Positions 46,017 through 55,629 are shown, counted from the stretch's first letter. The stretch: 64,000 nt of DNA from Candidatus Eiseniibacteriota bacterium (GCA_963703225.1 OY969801.1:352001-416000); one strand, 5' to 3'. Notes: generated by a model not told the origin, from the sequence alone. Numbers and translations: made by a program.

Positions 46017-47352
46017 ACCGCTTGATCTTCCGGTGGAGATAGCCGCGGTCCATGCCCAGTCGCCGCGAAGCCTCCGTCACGTTCCACTGACACTGCTTCA
46101 GCGTCGCTAGGATTGTGTCTCGCTCGGCCTTCTCGCGGGCGACCTTGATTTCGCTGGGGGGTCCTTCGTCCGCGTTCGCCGGGAGCGCCTCCTCCACGTC
46201 GGCCGCGCCGACGGTTTCGCCGTCGGTCATGATCAGGATCCGCTCGATCAGGTTTCGAAGCTCGCGGATGTTCCCGGGCCACCCGTAGCCGGTGAGGCGC
46301 TCGATCGCATCCCGTGTGAACGCGCGGGGCGGCCGGCCGTGCTCCGACGACAGCCGGGCCCCGAAGTGCGCGACCAGGAGCGGGATGTCCTCCCGCCTCT
46401 GCCGGAGCGGCGGGAGGTGGATCGGGACCACGTTGAGGCGGTAGAAGAGGTCTTCCCGGAAGCGTCCCGCCTGGATTTCCTCCTGGAGGTCCTTGTTGGT
46501 CGCGGCGACGATCCTCGCGTCGACCGAGAGGGTCCGCGTGGCGCCGAGCCGCTCGATCTCTCCGGTCTCGATCGCGCGGAGAAACTTGGCCTGCGTCTCG
46601 AGGCTCATGTCGCCCACCTCGTCGAGGAAGAGCGTGCCGCCGTCGGCCGCCTCCAGCCGTCCGCGCTTCATCTGGGTCGCCCCGGTGAACGCTCCCTTCT
46701 CGTACCCGAAGAGCTCGCTCTCGACCAGATCCTTGGGCAGCGCGGCGCAATTCAATTTTTCGAACGGGCCACGCGCCCGCGCGCTGCCCTTGTGGATCGC
46801 GCGGGCGACCAGCTCCTTCCCGGTTCCGCTCTCCCCGGTCACGAGCACCTTCGCGTCGGTCTTGGCCACCTTCGCGATCTCGGCGCGGATCTGGTCCAGG
46901 CTGGCGCTCTTCCCCACCATCTCGTCCGACGCGCCGGCCATCGCGCGGAGCCGCTCGTTCTCGCGCTGGAGCGCCCGGATCTCCAGCGCGCGCTCCACCG
47001 TGACCTGGAGCCGGTCCGGCCCAAACGGTTTCTCGACGAAATCGGCGGCGCCCAACCGGATCGCCTTCACCGCCTCCTCGATCGATCCGTGGCCCGACAT
47101 CACCACGACCGGGAGGTCGGGGTTGGCCGCCTTGGCCAACTCCAATAGGGCGAGACCGTCCTTGCCAGGGAGTTTGAGATCGGTGAGGAGGAGGTCGACC
47201 CGCTGCTGCGCGAGGATCCGCTCGGCCTCCTCCGCGCTGACCGCCGTGAGCGGCTCGTAGTGGCGCTTCAAGCTCGCGGCTGTTTCGAGCAACACCGAGG
47301 GCTCATCGTCGACGATGAGGATGCGGAGCTTGCCGCCGCCCGCCGCGCTCAC
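45985..47352 (-). CDS. sigma54-dependent response regulator (NtrC/NtrX-like)
   Basis: REC domain; GESGTGKE, GAFTGA, LFLDEV; Fis HTH. Confidence 0.95.
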   Translation of the reverse strand: MSAAGGGKLRILIVDDEPSVLLETAASLKRHYEPLTAVSAEEAERILAQQRVDLLLTDLKLPGKDGLALLELAKAANPDLPVVVMSGHGSIEEAVKAIRLGAADFVEKPFGPDRLQVTVERALEIRALQRENERLRAMAGASDEMVGKSASLDQIRAEIAKVAKTDAKVLVTGESGTGKELVARAIHKGSARARGPFEKLNCAALPKDLVESELFGYEKGAFTGATQMKRGRLEAADGGTLFLDEVGDMSLETQAKFLRAIETGEIERLGATRTLSVDARIVAATNKDLQEEIQAGRFREDLFYRLNVVPIHLPPLRQRREDIPLLVAHFGARLSSEHGRPPRAFTRDAIERLTGYGWPGNIRELRNLIERILIMTDGETVGAADVEEALPANADEGPPSEIKVAREKAERDTILATLKQCQWNVTEASRRLGMDRGYLHRKIKRYGLARETAGS

Positions 47353-48922
47353 GGCGATGTCTCCTCCACGGCCGCCGAGGAGGGGATGGTGAGCCAGGCC
47401 CGGGTTCCGACGCCTGGACTCGACTCGATCCCGAATCGCCCTCCATGCTGCTCCACAATCCGCTGGACGAGCGTGAGGCCGAGGCCGCTTCCGGTCGATT
47501 TGGTGGTGAACCCAGGGTGGGTCGCCCGCTCGAGCGTCGCCGCGTCCATGCCCGGCCCTGTGTCCTCGACTTCCAGCGTGACGCCCTCGCCGTCCTCGGG
47601 TGCGGCGCGACGAACCCGGAGCGTGACCGTGCCCCGATCGCCCATCACCTCGACCGCGTTCTTGATCAGATTCACGAGCACACGCTGGATTTGACCCGCA
47701 TCGGCCCAGGCTAAGGGAACGGGACGCTCCACCTCAACGCGGAATTCGATCGAGGAGGTGCCGCCGTAGAGCTTGGCGGCGTCCGAGGCAAGCTCGGCGA
47801 GGTCGCAGGGCGGCGAATCGCGGCTCCGGGAGCTGCGCCACCGCCGAGAACGCCGTGGCAAACTCCTGGAGCGAGTGAACCTCGCGCAGGATCGCCTCCG
47901 CGTTCTCCGCCACCACCTCCGCGCGCGGCGCTTCCGGGCGTCGCGCCTCATCCTTGAGACGCTGCAGCGCGAACTGAATCGGCGTGAGCGGATTGCGAAT
48001 TTCGTGCGCCACGGCGCGCGCCACCTCGCGCCACGCCGCGAGGCGCTCCGCGCGCAAGAGCGCTCGACGGGATCCCTGGAGCTCCTCGACCATTCGGTTG
48101 AACGAGGTCGGCGAGAAAGCGCACTTCGCTCGTTCCCGACGGCTTCACGCGATGCGCGAGGTCTCCCAAGGACGCCCGCGTCATGCCGGCACGGAGCGCC
48201 ACGATCGGCTTTGCGATCCCTCTCGCGACGAGGTAGGCAAGGCCGAAGCTGACCGCGCCCAGAATCAGGCTCCAGAGCGCCGCGAAAATCCAGAGGCTCC
48301 GCTGCGAGAGCCACGTGTAGACGCCGAGCCGCCGATACATCGAGAGATTCTTCTGGAGGGCCACGATCTCCGACGATATCTCGGGGTCGAGCTGGTAGCC
48401 CGCGAGGATGACTCGATCCCTGTCGAGCGACGCGACCCCGCTCACCTGCCGCGGCGCGTCATCTCCGGAAACGAGGCCGCCGTGCTCCAGAGCGGCGAGA
48501 ATCGAGGCGCGCTCGGGCTGGGGAAGGGTGATGCGCGGACCCAGCCGGGCGCCAAAGATGCGCTCCGCGCCCTCGGCCCCATCGCGAATCCGATAGAGCG
48601 CGATGTAGTCGAGCCCGCGGCTCCGCGCTTCGTCGCGGAGGTGGCGCTCGAGGTTGGCGCTTTGCTCCGGGGCTAGGAGGCGCACGGTGGCCGGGTCGAG
48701 CGCCATGACCTCGGCGTGCTGGCGGGCGTCGCTCGCCAACCGCTCGATGCCGCCCCGGATCACCTCGAGCGACTGGCCGAGCGCGCGCTCGGTCTCCGGG
48801 TTCTTGAGCGCCGCCAGGCTCCGCGCGAGGTACTGCGTGACGTAGAACGTGAGGCCGAGCGAGGGGATGAGCGCGACGAGGAAGAAGAGGGCGAGGAGCC
48901 GCCCCCGGAGGGTGCCGAACAT
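47349..48922 (-). CDS. HAMP sensor histidine kinase (NtrY-like); frameshifts near 48110 and 47810
   Basis: Two TM plus HAMP; WREVARAVAHEIRNPLTPIQ; NLIKNA, DTGPG, GSGLGL. Confidence 0.88.
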
Positions 48923-48944
48923 CCTGAACCCGCGCCCCGAGGCG

Positions 48945-50051
48945 CTAACGGAGCCCGCCTTCCGCCTCGCCCGCCAGCTGTCCGCAAGCCGCTCCGATCT
49001 CCACGCCCTGGCTGTAGCGCACGGTCACCGCCGTCACGCGCGGCGCCAGGTAATCGACAAAGCGCTGGATGCGCTCGGCGGAGGGCCGGCGGAAGCGCCC
49101 GGGGCCGATCGGATTGTAGGGGATGAGGTTGATCCGGCAGGGGAGTTGCCCCACGAGGCGGACGAGCTTGGCGGCGTCGCGCATCGTGTCGTTGATCTCC
49201 TCGATCAGGATGTACTCGAAGGTGACCCGCTGCCCGACGGTCTCGATGTGGTGGCGGACCGCGCGGATCAGCGGCTCGAGAGGGAAGCGGCGGTTCACCG
49301 GCATGAGCTTTGAGCGAAGCTCGTCGGTCGCGGCGTGAAGCGAGATGGCCAGCCGATATTTCCGTCGCTCGTCGGCCAGCCGGATGATTTGTGGCACCAG
49401 CCCGACGGTGGAAATGGTGATCCGCTTCGACGGAACCCCCATCCCCTTCGCATCGGTGATGAGCGTGAGCGCATGCATCACCGCGTCGTAGTTCTCCAGC
49501 GGCTCTCCCATCCCCATCATCACCACGTTGAAATCTCGCTGCTCCGGGGGAAGCTCTCGGCGGAGGCGCAACACCTGATCCAGGATCTCCCCTGCCGTGA
49601 GGTTTCGGCCCCGACCCATCTTCCCCGTGGCACAGAATCGGCAAGCGAACCCGCACCCGTGCTGCGAGGATAGGCAGAAGGTCACGCGGCGCGTCGTGGA
49701 CATGTAGACCGACTCCACGAGGCCGCCGTCGGGGAGGGCGTACGCCAGCTTTCGGGTTCGGCGGTCGGGGGTCTCCCGCCGGGCCCGCTCGGTCAGCGAG
49801 CCGACGCGGTACTCCTCGTCCAGCCTGGCCCTGAGCGGCTGGGGGAGGTTGGTCATCGCCGAGAACTCGGAAACCCCTCGCGAGTAGACCCACTCCGCGA
49901 TCTGGCGGCCCCTAAATGCCTTCTCTCCCATGGCAATGAGGGTCCGTCCCAGCTCATCCTCCCCCAGTCCAAGCAGGTCTACGCGTGGGTCAGGAGGGCT
50001 CGAACCGCGGCCATTTTGTGGCGTGATAACGGTTTCCGACTTTACAACCAT
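48945..50051 (-). CDS. rlmN: 23S rRNA m2A2503 methyltransferase
   Basis: CGFACRFC, MGMGEP, SLHA, GAACGQL. Confidence 0.96.
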   Translation of the reverse strand: MVVKSETVITPQNGRGSSPPDPRVDLLGLGEDELGRTLIAMGEKAFRGRQIAEWVYSRGVSEFSAMTNLPQPLRARLDEEYRVGSLTERARRETPDRRTRKLAYALPDGGLVESVYMSTTRRVTFCLSSQHGCGFACRFCATGKMGRGRNLTAGEILDQVLRLRRELPPEQRDFNVVMMGMGEPLENYDAVMHALTLITDAKGMGVPSKRITISTVGLVPQIIRLADERRKYRLAISLHAATDELRSKLMPVNRRFPLEPLIRAVRHHIETVGQRVTFEYILIEEINDTMRDAAKLVRLVGQLPCRINLIPYNPIGPGRFRRPSAERIQRFVDYLAPRVTAVTVRYSQGVEIGAACGQLAGEAEGGLR

Positions 50052-51117
50052 GGCCCCATATGCTACGTTTGATCGGATTGTCGAGTCAACCATAGGGGGA
50101 TCTTACGCCGCCATCCGCGTCTTCTCCGGGGGCCGTGCCGTTCTAACTTCCTCGGAGTCCACAGTACGGATCGGTGCCGTGGATATCGGCACCAACTCGG
50201 TCCGGCTCCTCGTCGCTGACGTCGACGAGAGGGAGCGCCTCCGCACCGCCCACCGCATGGGGGAGATCTCCCGTCTCGGCGAGGGCCTCGATCGCACCGG
50301 TGTGATCGACAAGGCCGCCGCCGCCCGCACCCTCGAATGTCTGGAGCGATTCGTCCACGAAGCGGAGTACAGCGGCGCGAGCCGGATCCGCGTCGCCGGC
50401 ACGAACGCCTTCCGGGTCGCGACCAATGGCCAGGAGGTGGCGGAGTCCTTCGCGGAGCGGATCGGGTACCCAGTTGAGATCATCTCCGGAGAAGAAGAGG
50501 CTCGCCTCGTCTTTCTGGCGGTATTGAGCGGGCTCGGGACCGCGCGCGGCCCATCGGTCGTGGTCGATATCGGGGGTGGAAGCACCGAGATCATCAGCGG
50601 CGAGGGAGAGACAGGTACCCAGGTCATCAGCCTGGAGCTCGGCTGCGTCCGTCTTACCGAGCGACTGGTTCGGAGCGATCCCCCTGCCGAATCGGAGCTT
50701 GAAGCGGTCCGACGCCATGTCCTCGACGTCTTCGCCGAGAAGCTGCGTTCCTTCGAGCTGAACGGCGTCGAGCGGGCGATCGGGGTGGGAGGCACCGTGA
50801 CCGCATTCGGCGCCCTCGACCTCGGGCTCGTCAAGTACGACCCCTCCCGGATCGAGAACCACCACCTCACGCGCGAGTGTATCTCGAATATCGGCAAACA
50901 ATTATGTTCGATCCCCCTATCCCAGAGGCGGGATCTCGCCGGCGTAAGCCGGGGCCGCGCCGACATCATCCCGGCCGGAGCGATCATCCTCTGCGAATTC
51001 GTGGACCGGTTTGCTGTGAACGGCGTCTACGTGTCGACGAGGGGGCTTCGCTACGGGCTGGTGCTCAGCGAGGCCAGAAAGGCGACCCGCCCGGCCGGGC
51101 AGGCCGCCCGCGCATAG
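50050..51117 (+). CDS. ppx: Ppx/GppA exopolyphosphatase family (start uncertain)
   Basis: AVDIGTNSVRL, ISGEEEA, DIGGGSTE, RADIIPAG. Confidence 0.88.
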   Translation: MAPYATFDRIVESTIGGSYAAIRVFSGGRAVLTSSESTVRIGAVDIGTNSVRLLVADVDERERLRTAHRMGEISRLGEGLDRTGVIDKAAAARTLECLERFVHEAEYSGASRIRVAGTNAFRVATNGQEVAESFAERIGYPVEIISGEEEARLVFLAVLSGLGTARGPSVVVDIGGGSTEIISGEGETGTQVISLELGCVRLTERLVRSDPPAESELEAVRRHVLDVFAEKLRSFELNGVERAIGVGGTVTAFGALDLGLVKYDPSRIENHHLTRECISNIGKQLCSIPLSQRRDLAGVSRGRADIIPAGAIILCEFVDRFAVNGVYVSTRGLRYGLVLSEARKATRPAGQAARA

Positions 51118-51147
51118 CACTCCCGGCACCCGCCGGCGACAATTGCC

Positions 51148-51176
51148 TTGACGCATCCGCAGAGCGAAGCTATCCT
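51148..51176 (+). promoter_or_regulatory. sigma70-type promoter
   Basis: TTGACG-N17-TATCCT. Confidence 0.65.
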
Positions 51177-51344
51177 AGCTAGTTAGAGGCAGTGTTCGTC
51201 AACGGGCGCCTGCTCCCGCTCGGGAGCATCCCTCTCGGACCGCGGTATCGCAGCCGCGGCGACGACGCCTACTGACGAACTGCCGGCAACCACCAAGCGA
51301 AGCGACTGGAGCGCCGGGTGTCGCTTCGTGTAAGGAGCAAGGGA

Positions 51345-51647
51345 ATGAGGGTCCAGGTTCCACGCCGCATCATTGGTTTGGGCATCCTCGTCGCCTTCCT
51401 CTGTCTGACTCCGGCTCTTTCCTCGCCAGTTTTTGCCAGGCCCTATCACTGGGAAGACAGAGACTCGCCAGATCCGCCCCTCCCAAAGGGTGACGGTGAT
51501 GGAACGGTCGTGAAGGCTGCGGGCAACTCAAGTGCCCCGGCTCTCAGCACGACGGCGCCGAATGGCACGCGGACGTCGGTCACGAGCATGGTGAAGAGCG
51601 CTCTCCTCATGGTGCGTCTGGGCTACGGCTTGCGCTGGTACCTGTAG
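51345..51647 (+). CDS. Small (100 aa) secreted protein or pre-pro-peptide
   Basis: RBS AAGGAG/AAGGGA; Sec-like signal ending PVFA; mature region RPYHWEDRDSPDPPLPKGDGDG..; hydrophobic/aromatic C-terminus. Confidence 0.7.
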   Translation: MRVQVPRRIIGLGILVAFLCLTPALSSPVFARPYHWEDRDSPDPPLPKGDGDGTVVKAAGNSSAPALSTTAPNGTRTSVTSMVKSALLMVRLGYGLRWYL

Positions 51648-51727
51648 CAGGTACGCAGCGCCCGTAATACGCGACACGGTCCCGGACCGTGCCGCGCGCC
51701 GTGGTATCGCAGTCGTTGAGGGCCGGT

Positions 51728-54700
51728 ATGGACGGACTTGTCCCGAAAGATCGATCGGACATTCCGCACCGAACCGTTGGGGCTCCCGGTCCCCGTGCAT
51801 CATTTGACGCGGGCGCGTACGGCGAGCACAAGGCTCAGGAGCTCGGGGATCTCTATTTCGCGGCGGACAACTACGTCGTCGCGTTGGAGTACTACCGCCG
51901 CGCTCTAGACGCGGGTCCGAGGGCCGATACCCCCGAGAACCGGGAGGACCTTCTCCGGATCGGGACCCAGATCGTCGAGTGCCTCAGGCATCGCGGCGAT
52001 CTCGCCGACGCGGTCGACTCGCTCCACGATCTCCATCGGCGCCTCCGTCCGCACGTAACTCGCGAGCAGGCGGGGCGTCTTTCGGCCAGCCTCGCGCTTC
52101 TGCTCTTCGAGCGGGGCCGCTACCGGCCCGCGCAGCGGGCGGCCACCCTCGCCTACCGGCTCCTCCGCGACACCACGCTCAACCTCGACATCGGTCGCAC
52201 CGAGATGATCTTCGGGGTCATCGCGCTCCGAACGGGTGACTGGAACGCGGCCCGCGAGTACTTCGAGAGCGCCATCGCGACCTACCGGCGCGCGGGCTAC
52301 GACGCCGGGATGGCAACGGCCTACAACAGCCTCGGCCTCCTCCACAAGAATCACTGCCGCTTCAAGGAGGCGGCCCGGTTCCTGGAGCAGGCCCTTCGGA
52401 TCGGCGAGCGCTCCGGTCTCTTTCACGATTCGGCCACCTACGTCCACAACCTCGGCATCGTCCACGAGAAGATGGGCGATTGGGATGTCGCGGAGGATCA
52501 CTACCGGCGCGGCCTTCAGATGAATACCGAGGTCGGAAATCCCGTCGGGAAGGCGAGGGCGCTCTTCTGCCTCGGAAACCTCCGCCGCAAGCGCCGCGAT
52601 TTCTCGACGGCCGAGAACCTACTTCGCCAGGCCCTCGCGCTCTCTGTGGAGCGCGGCTTCCCGCGGGAGACGGTCCTTTCCCGCGAGGGGTTGGGCGACC
52701 TCTACGCCGACCGCGACATGCTCCAAGAGGCCCGCGCCGAGTACGAAACGGGGCTGGCCATGACCGATCAGTTTGCCCCCGACTCAGACCTGACGGTCGA
52801 GCTGGTCCGGCGGCTCGGGGACGCGCAGCTTCGAATGGGCGAGATCGAGCCGGCGAGAAGGAGCGGCGAGCGAGCGCTCGCGGTCGCGCGGCGACTGGGC
52901 GATCGGATCGAAGAAGCTTGCTCGCTCCGTCTTCTGGGTCTCGCGGCCGCGGAGGCAGGGGAGTTTCCCGCGGCGCAAGAGCGTCTCGGGGAGGCGAGCC
53001 GGATTCTCCTCGCGATCGGCAAGCGCTATGAGCTGGCGCGTCTCAACATGGGCGCCGGGCTCGCCTGGCGCCGCCGGGCGCGAAAGGGGAAGTCGCGTGC
53101 CATCCTGGACGAGTCGGTTGGCTACCTGCGCCGCGCGGTGGCGGCGTACGAGAGCCTCGCGCTCCCCGCGCTGACCGCGCGCGCCCTCCTCGAGCTTTCG
53201 AGGAGCGAGCTCATGCGGGGCCTGGTCGACGAGGCCGTGCTCCACCTCGACCACGCCACGTCCATCCTCTCCCCCGAGGACGATCCTGCCCTCGCGCGCG
53301 AGATCGAGGAGTTCCGGACCGAGATCGAGAAAGGGCTGATCGAGGGGACCTCCGCCCAGAGCAACGAGTTTGCAGCGTTCGAGGAAGTCCGCAGCGTGCT
53401 GCGGGGCGGCGACGCCGAGTTGGCCGTGCAGGAGGTGTTGTCGGTGACCGCGCGCAGGGTATCGGCGGCGCGGGGCTGCGTGGCGGCACCGGCGGTCCAC
53501 GGCGGGATCGAGGTTGTCGCCTCGGTCGGCATGTCCTTCCGCGTGGCGCAGGACCTTCTGAGCGAGATGGAGCGCCGCATCGGCTCGGCCCGCCTGGCAT
53601 CGGCGCCGGTCGTGAGCAGCCGCGCGGGAGCCGACGGGCGATTCCGCGACATGCCGGGGATGACCCATTTGAGCCCTAGGACCAGCATCGCCATCATGCC
53701 GCTCTCGCTGCCCTCCGGACTTCCCGGGTACCTCTACCTCGATCGTCCCGAGGAGGGGCCGCTGGGCCCGTTCAAACAGCGGGAGATCAACTTGATCGCG
53801 GTGCTCGCGAATCACGTCGCGGTGGCCATCCTCGAGCTGCAAAGGCAGCGCCTGGCGCGCGAGAACACGGCGCTTCGGGGCCGTCTCCTTGGCTCCGCCA
53901 ACGATCATGGCATCGTGACGAGAAGCCCGGAGCTGCTCGAGATCCTCTCGCTCCTGGAGCGGGTCGGGCCGAGCGACGCCACCATCCTGATCGAGGGCGA
54001 GACGGGGAGCGGCAAGGGGCTCCTCGCGCGCGCGATCCACGCCTCCAGCGCCCGCGCCACCAAGCCGCTGATTCAGGTCAACTGCGCCGCGCTGCCCGAG
54101 CAGCTCCTCGAGAGCGAGCTTTTTGGGCACGTGCAGGGCGCCTTTACCGGAGCGGTGCGCGAGAAGGTCGGTCTTTTCGTGGAGGCCAGCGGCGGCACGC
54201 TCTTCCTGGACGAGGTCGACAAGACCACGATCACGATCCAAGGAAAGCTTCTCCAAGTCCTCGACAACCGCGAGGTGCGGCCGGTCGGAGGGAACAAATC
54301 GACCAAGGTGGACGTCCGCGTGGTCTGCGCGACGAACGTCAATCTCAAGGCAAAGATCGCGCGCGGCGAGTTCCTCGAGGATCTCTACTACCGGCTCAAC
54401 GACATCTGCTTCCGGGTCCCGCCGCTTCGGGAGCGGCCGGAAGATGTGCCGCCCCTCGTCGAGCACTACAGCCGCCGGTTCGCGGCCGAGATGGGCAAGG
54501 AAATCCGGGGCGTGGATCAGGACCTGATCGCGGTCCTCGCCGGGCTCCATTGGCGGGGCAACGTTCGCGAGCTGGAAAAGGTCGTGAAGCGCCTTGTGGT
54601 CATGGCGAATGACGGCGATACGCTTTCGATGGAGCTTCTGCCGCGCGACCTCCTCAAGCCAGAGAACGAAAACGGCGACTCCCCGTCCACGTTGAGGGCC

Positions 54701-54865
54701 GAGGTTGCCAAGGTGGAGCGGCGGCTCATCTCACAGGCGCTGGAGCGCCACAACTGGAACAAGCTCCAGGCCGCCAAGGAGCTCTCGCTCTCCTACCCGA
54801 CCCTCCTTCAGAAGATCAAGCTCTTCCGCCTCGACCGAAGGCTTCAACCCCGGCAAAAGGCTTAA
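51728..54865 (+). CDS. TPR-GAF-AAA+-HTH sigma54 enhancer-binding protein (start 51689 or 51728)
   Basis: ~500 aa of TPRs (AYNSLGLL, YVHNLGIV, ALFCLGNL); GAF-like segment; GETGSGKG, ELFGHVQGAFTGA, LFLDEV, DLYYRL; Fis HTH; no REC domain. Confidence 0.92.
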   Translation: MDGLVPKDRSDIPHRTVGAPGPRASFDAGAYGEHKAQELGDLYFAADNYVVALEYYRRALDAGPRADTPENREDLLRIGTQIVECLRHRGDLADAVDSLHDLHRRLRPHVTREQAGRLSASLALLLFERGRYRPAQRAATLAYRLLRDTTLNLDIGRTEMIFGVIALRTGDWNAAREYFESAIATYRRAGYDAGMATAYNSLGLLHKNHCRFKEAARFLEQALRIGERSGLFHDSATYVHNLGIVHEKMGDWDVAEDHYRRGLQMNTEVGNPVGKARALFCLGNLRRKRRDFSTAENLLRQALALSVERGFPRETVLSREGLGDLYADRDMLQEARAEYETGLAMTDQFAPDSDLTVELVRRLGDAQLRMGEIEPARRSGERALAVARRLGDRIEEACSLRLLGLAAAEAGEFPAAQERLGEASRILLAIGKRYELARLNMGAGLAWRRRARKGKSRAILDESVGYLRRAVAAYESLALPALTARALLELSRSELMRGLVDEAVLHLDHATSILSPEDDPALAREIEEFRTEIEKGLIEGTSAQSNEFAAFEEVRSVLRGGDAELAVQEVLSVTARRVSAARGCVAAPAVHGGIEVVASVGMSFRVAQDLLSEMERRIGSARLASAPVVSSRAGADGRFRDMPGMTHLSPRTSIAIMPLSLPSGLPGYLYLDRPEEGPLGPFKQREINLIAVLANHVAVAILELQRQRLARENTALRGRLLGSANDHGIVTRSPELLEILSLLERVGPSDATILIEGETGSGKGLLARAIHASSARATKPLIQVNCAALPEQLLESELFGHVQGAFTGAVREKVGLFVEASGGTLFLDEVDKTTITIQGKLLQVLDNREVRPVGGNKSTKVDVRVVCATNVNLKAKIARGEFLEDLYYRLNDICFRVPPLRERPEDVPPLVEHYSRRFAAEMGKEIRGVDQDLIAVLAGLHWRGNVRELEKVVKRLVVMANDGDTLSMELLPRDLLKPENENGDSPSTLRAEVAKVERRLISQALERHNWNKLQAAKELSLSYPTLLQKIKLFRLDRRLQPRQKA

Positions 54866-55076
54866 AAGTAGCTATTAAGTTTGTTAATAGTCGTAAGTGG
54901 TTGGGGTTTGGCCGCTTATCCACCCTCTTCAATTTCGTTATCAATTATCAATCCAAAATCACGCAGCTTCGCCCCTCCCGCATCACGCCAAGCCGCCTTC
55001 GGATCGACCTTGTAAGATGCTGATTTTAATGAGTGTTACAACCTCATTACGATCAATATTGAGGCGGCCCGAAACG

Positions 55077-55092
55077 TGGCATGCGAGATGCA
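55077..55092 (+). promoter_or_regulatory. sigma54 promoter P1
   Basis: TGGCATG-CGAG-ATGCA (GG-N10-GC); upstream AT-rich tract with IHF-like TAAGATGCTGATT. Confidence 0.6.
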
Positions 55093-55102
55093 ATGAACAA
55101 GT

Positions 55103-55239
55103 CAGCGGAGGGGGGGACCTCCAAAGAGCCCGCAGGCCTCGCCAGCGTTAGGCCATGGGTTAGCCGCCAATTCGAGCACCGGCCTCGGAAAACGCGGTGT
55201 AACCTGAAGAGAGCTGGCAAGGCCGGGGCTCAATTTTTT
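55103..55239 (+). ncRNA. Putative sigma54-dependent structured small RNA
   Basis: Nested helices GAGCCC/GGGCTC, GGCCT/AGGCC, GCCAGC/GCTGGC, GGTTA/TAACC, CACCG/CGGTG, followed by TTTTTT. Confidence 0.5.
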
Positions 55240-55284
55240 GCCTCGTTCGTTCCTTCCGTAGATCCCTCGATTTCTCGGTCCACC

Positions 55285-55332
55285 ACCCGCCTCTCGTTCT
55301 CGCTCATACGACCCGCCTCTTGTTCTCGCTCA
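55285..55332. repeat. Two near-identical 22-bp direct repeats (period 26)
   Basis: acccgcctctcgttctcgctca / acccgcctcttgttctcgctca. Confidence 0.8.
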
Positions 55333-55532
55333 CTCCACCCGGCTTTTCCGGATGACTCGCCGCTCTCCCTCGGAGCGCGCTCGCGCCTCCACCGCCAGCC
55401 CCACCGCTGTAGCGCGCCAGTCACAGTGTCCCAGATACGACGCCAAATCCCCACTCCAGGGCCATCGACACCCACTGCAATAAGCAACTGCCCTGCAATA
55501 AGTTACAAGCCAAGAGATAGCCGGCCAATCCG

Positions 55533-55548
55533 TGGCATGACGCTTGCG
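55533..55548 (+). promoter_or_regulatory. sigma54 promoter P2
   Basis: TGGCATG-ACGC-TTGCG; CTGCAATAAG repeated at 55475 and 55493 upstream. Confidence 0.75.
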
Positions 55549-55629
55549 GTTCGAGTCTGTGGCGGCTGGGGAATCGCCTGCCGCGACAGACAAGATCGGA
55601 AGCGGACAAACCGGAAGGAGGTGGGCTAC

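Noticed and set aside
48945..50051. Radical SAM enzyme as a RiPP maturase for the 51345 peptide
   Set aside because: Motifs identify it as housekeeping RlmN, in a separate divergent unit.
55081..55629. Long N-terminal extension of ORF 55081..56397
   Set aside because: Low-complexity, non-protein-like sequence; the RBS and lipoprotein signal start at 55630, and the region holds promoters and an RNA-like structure.
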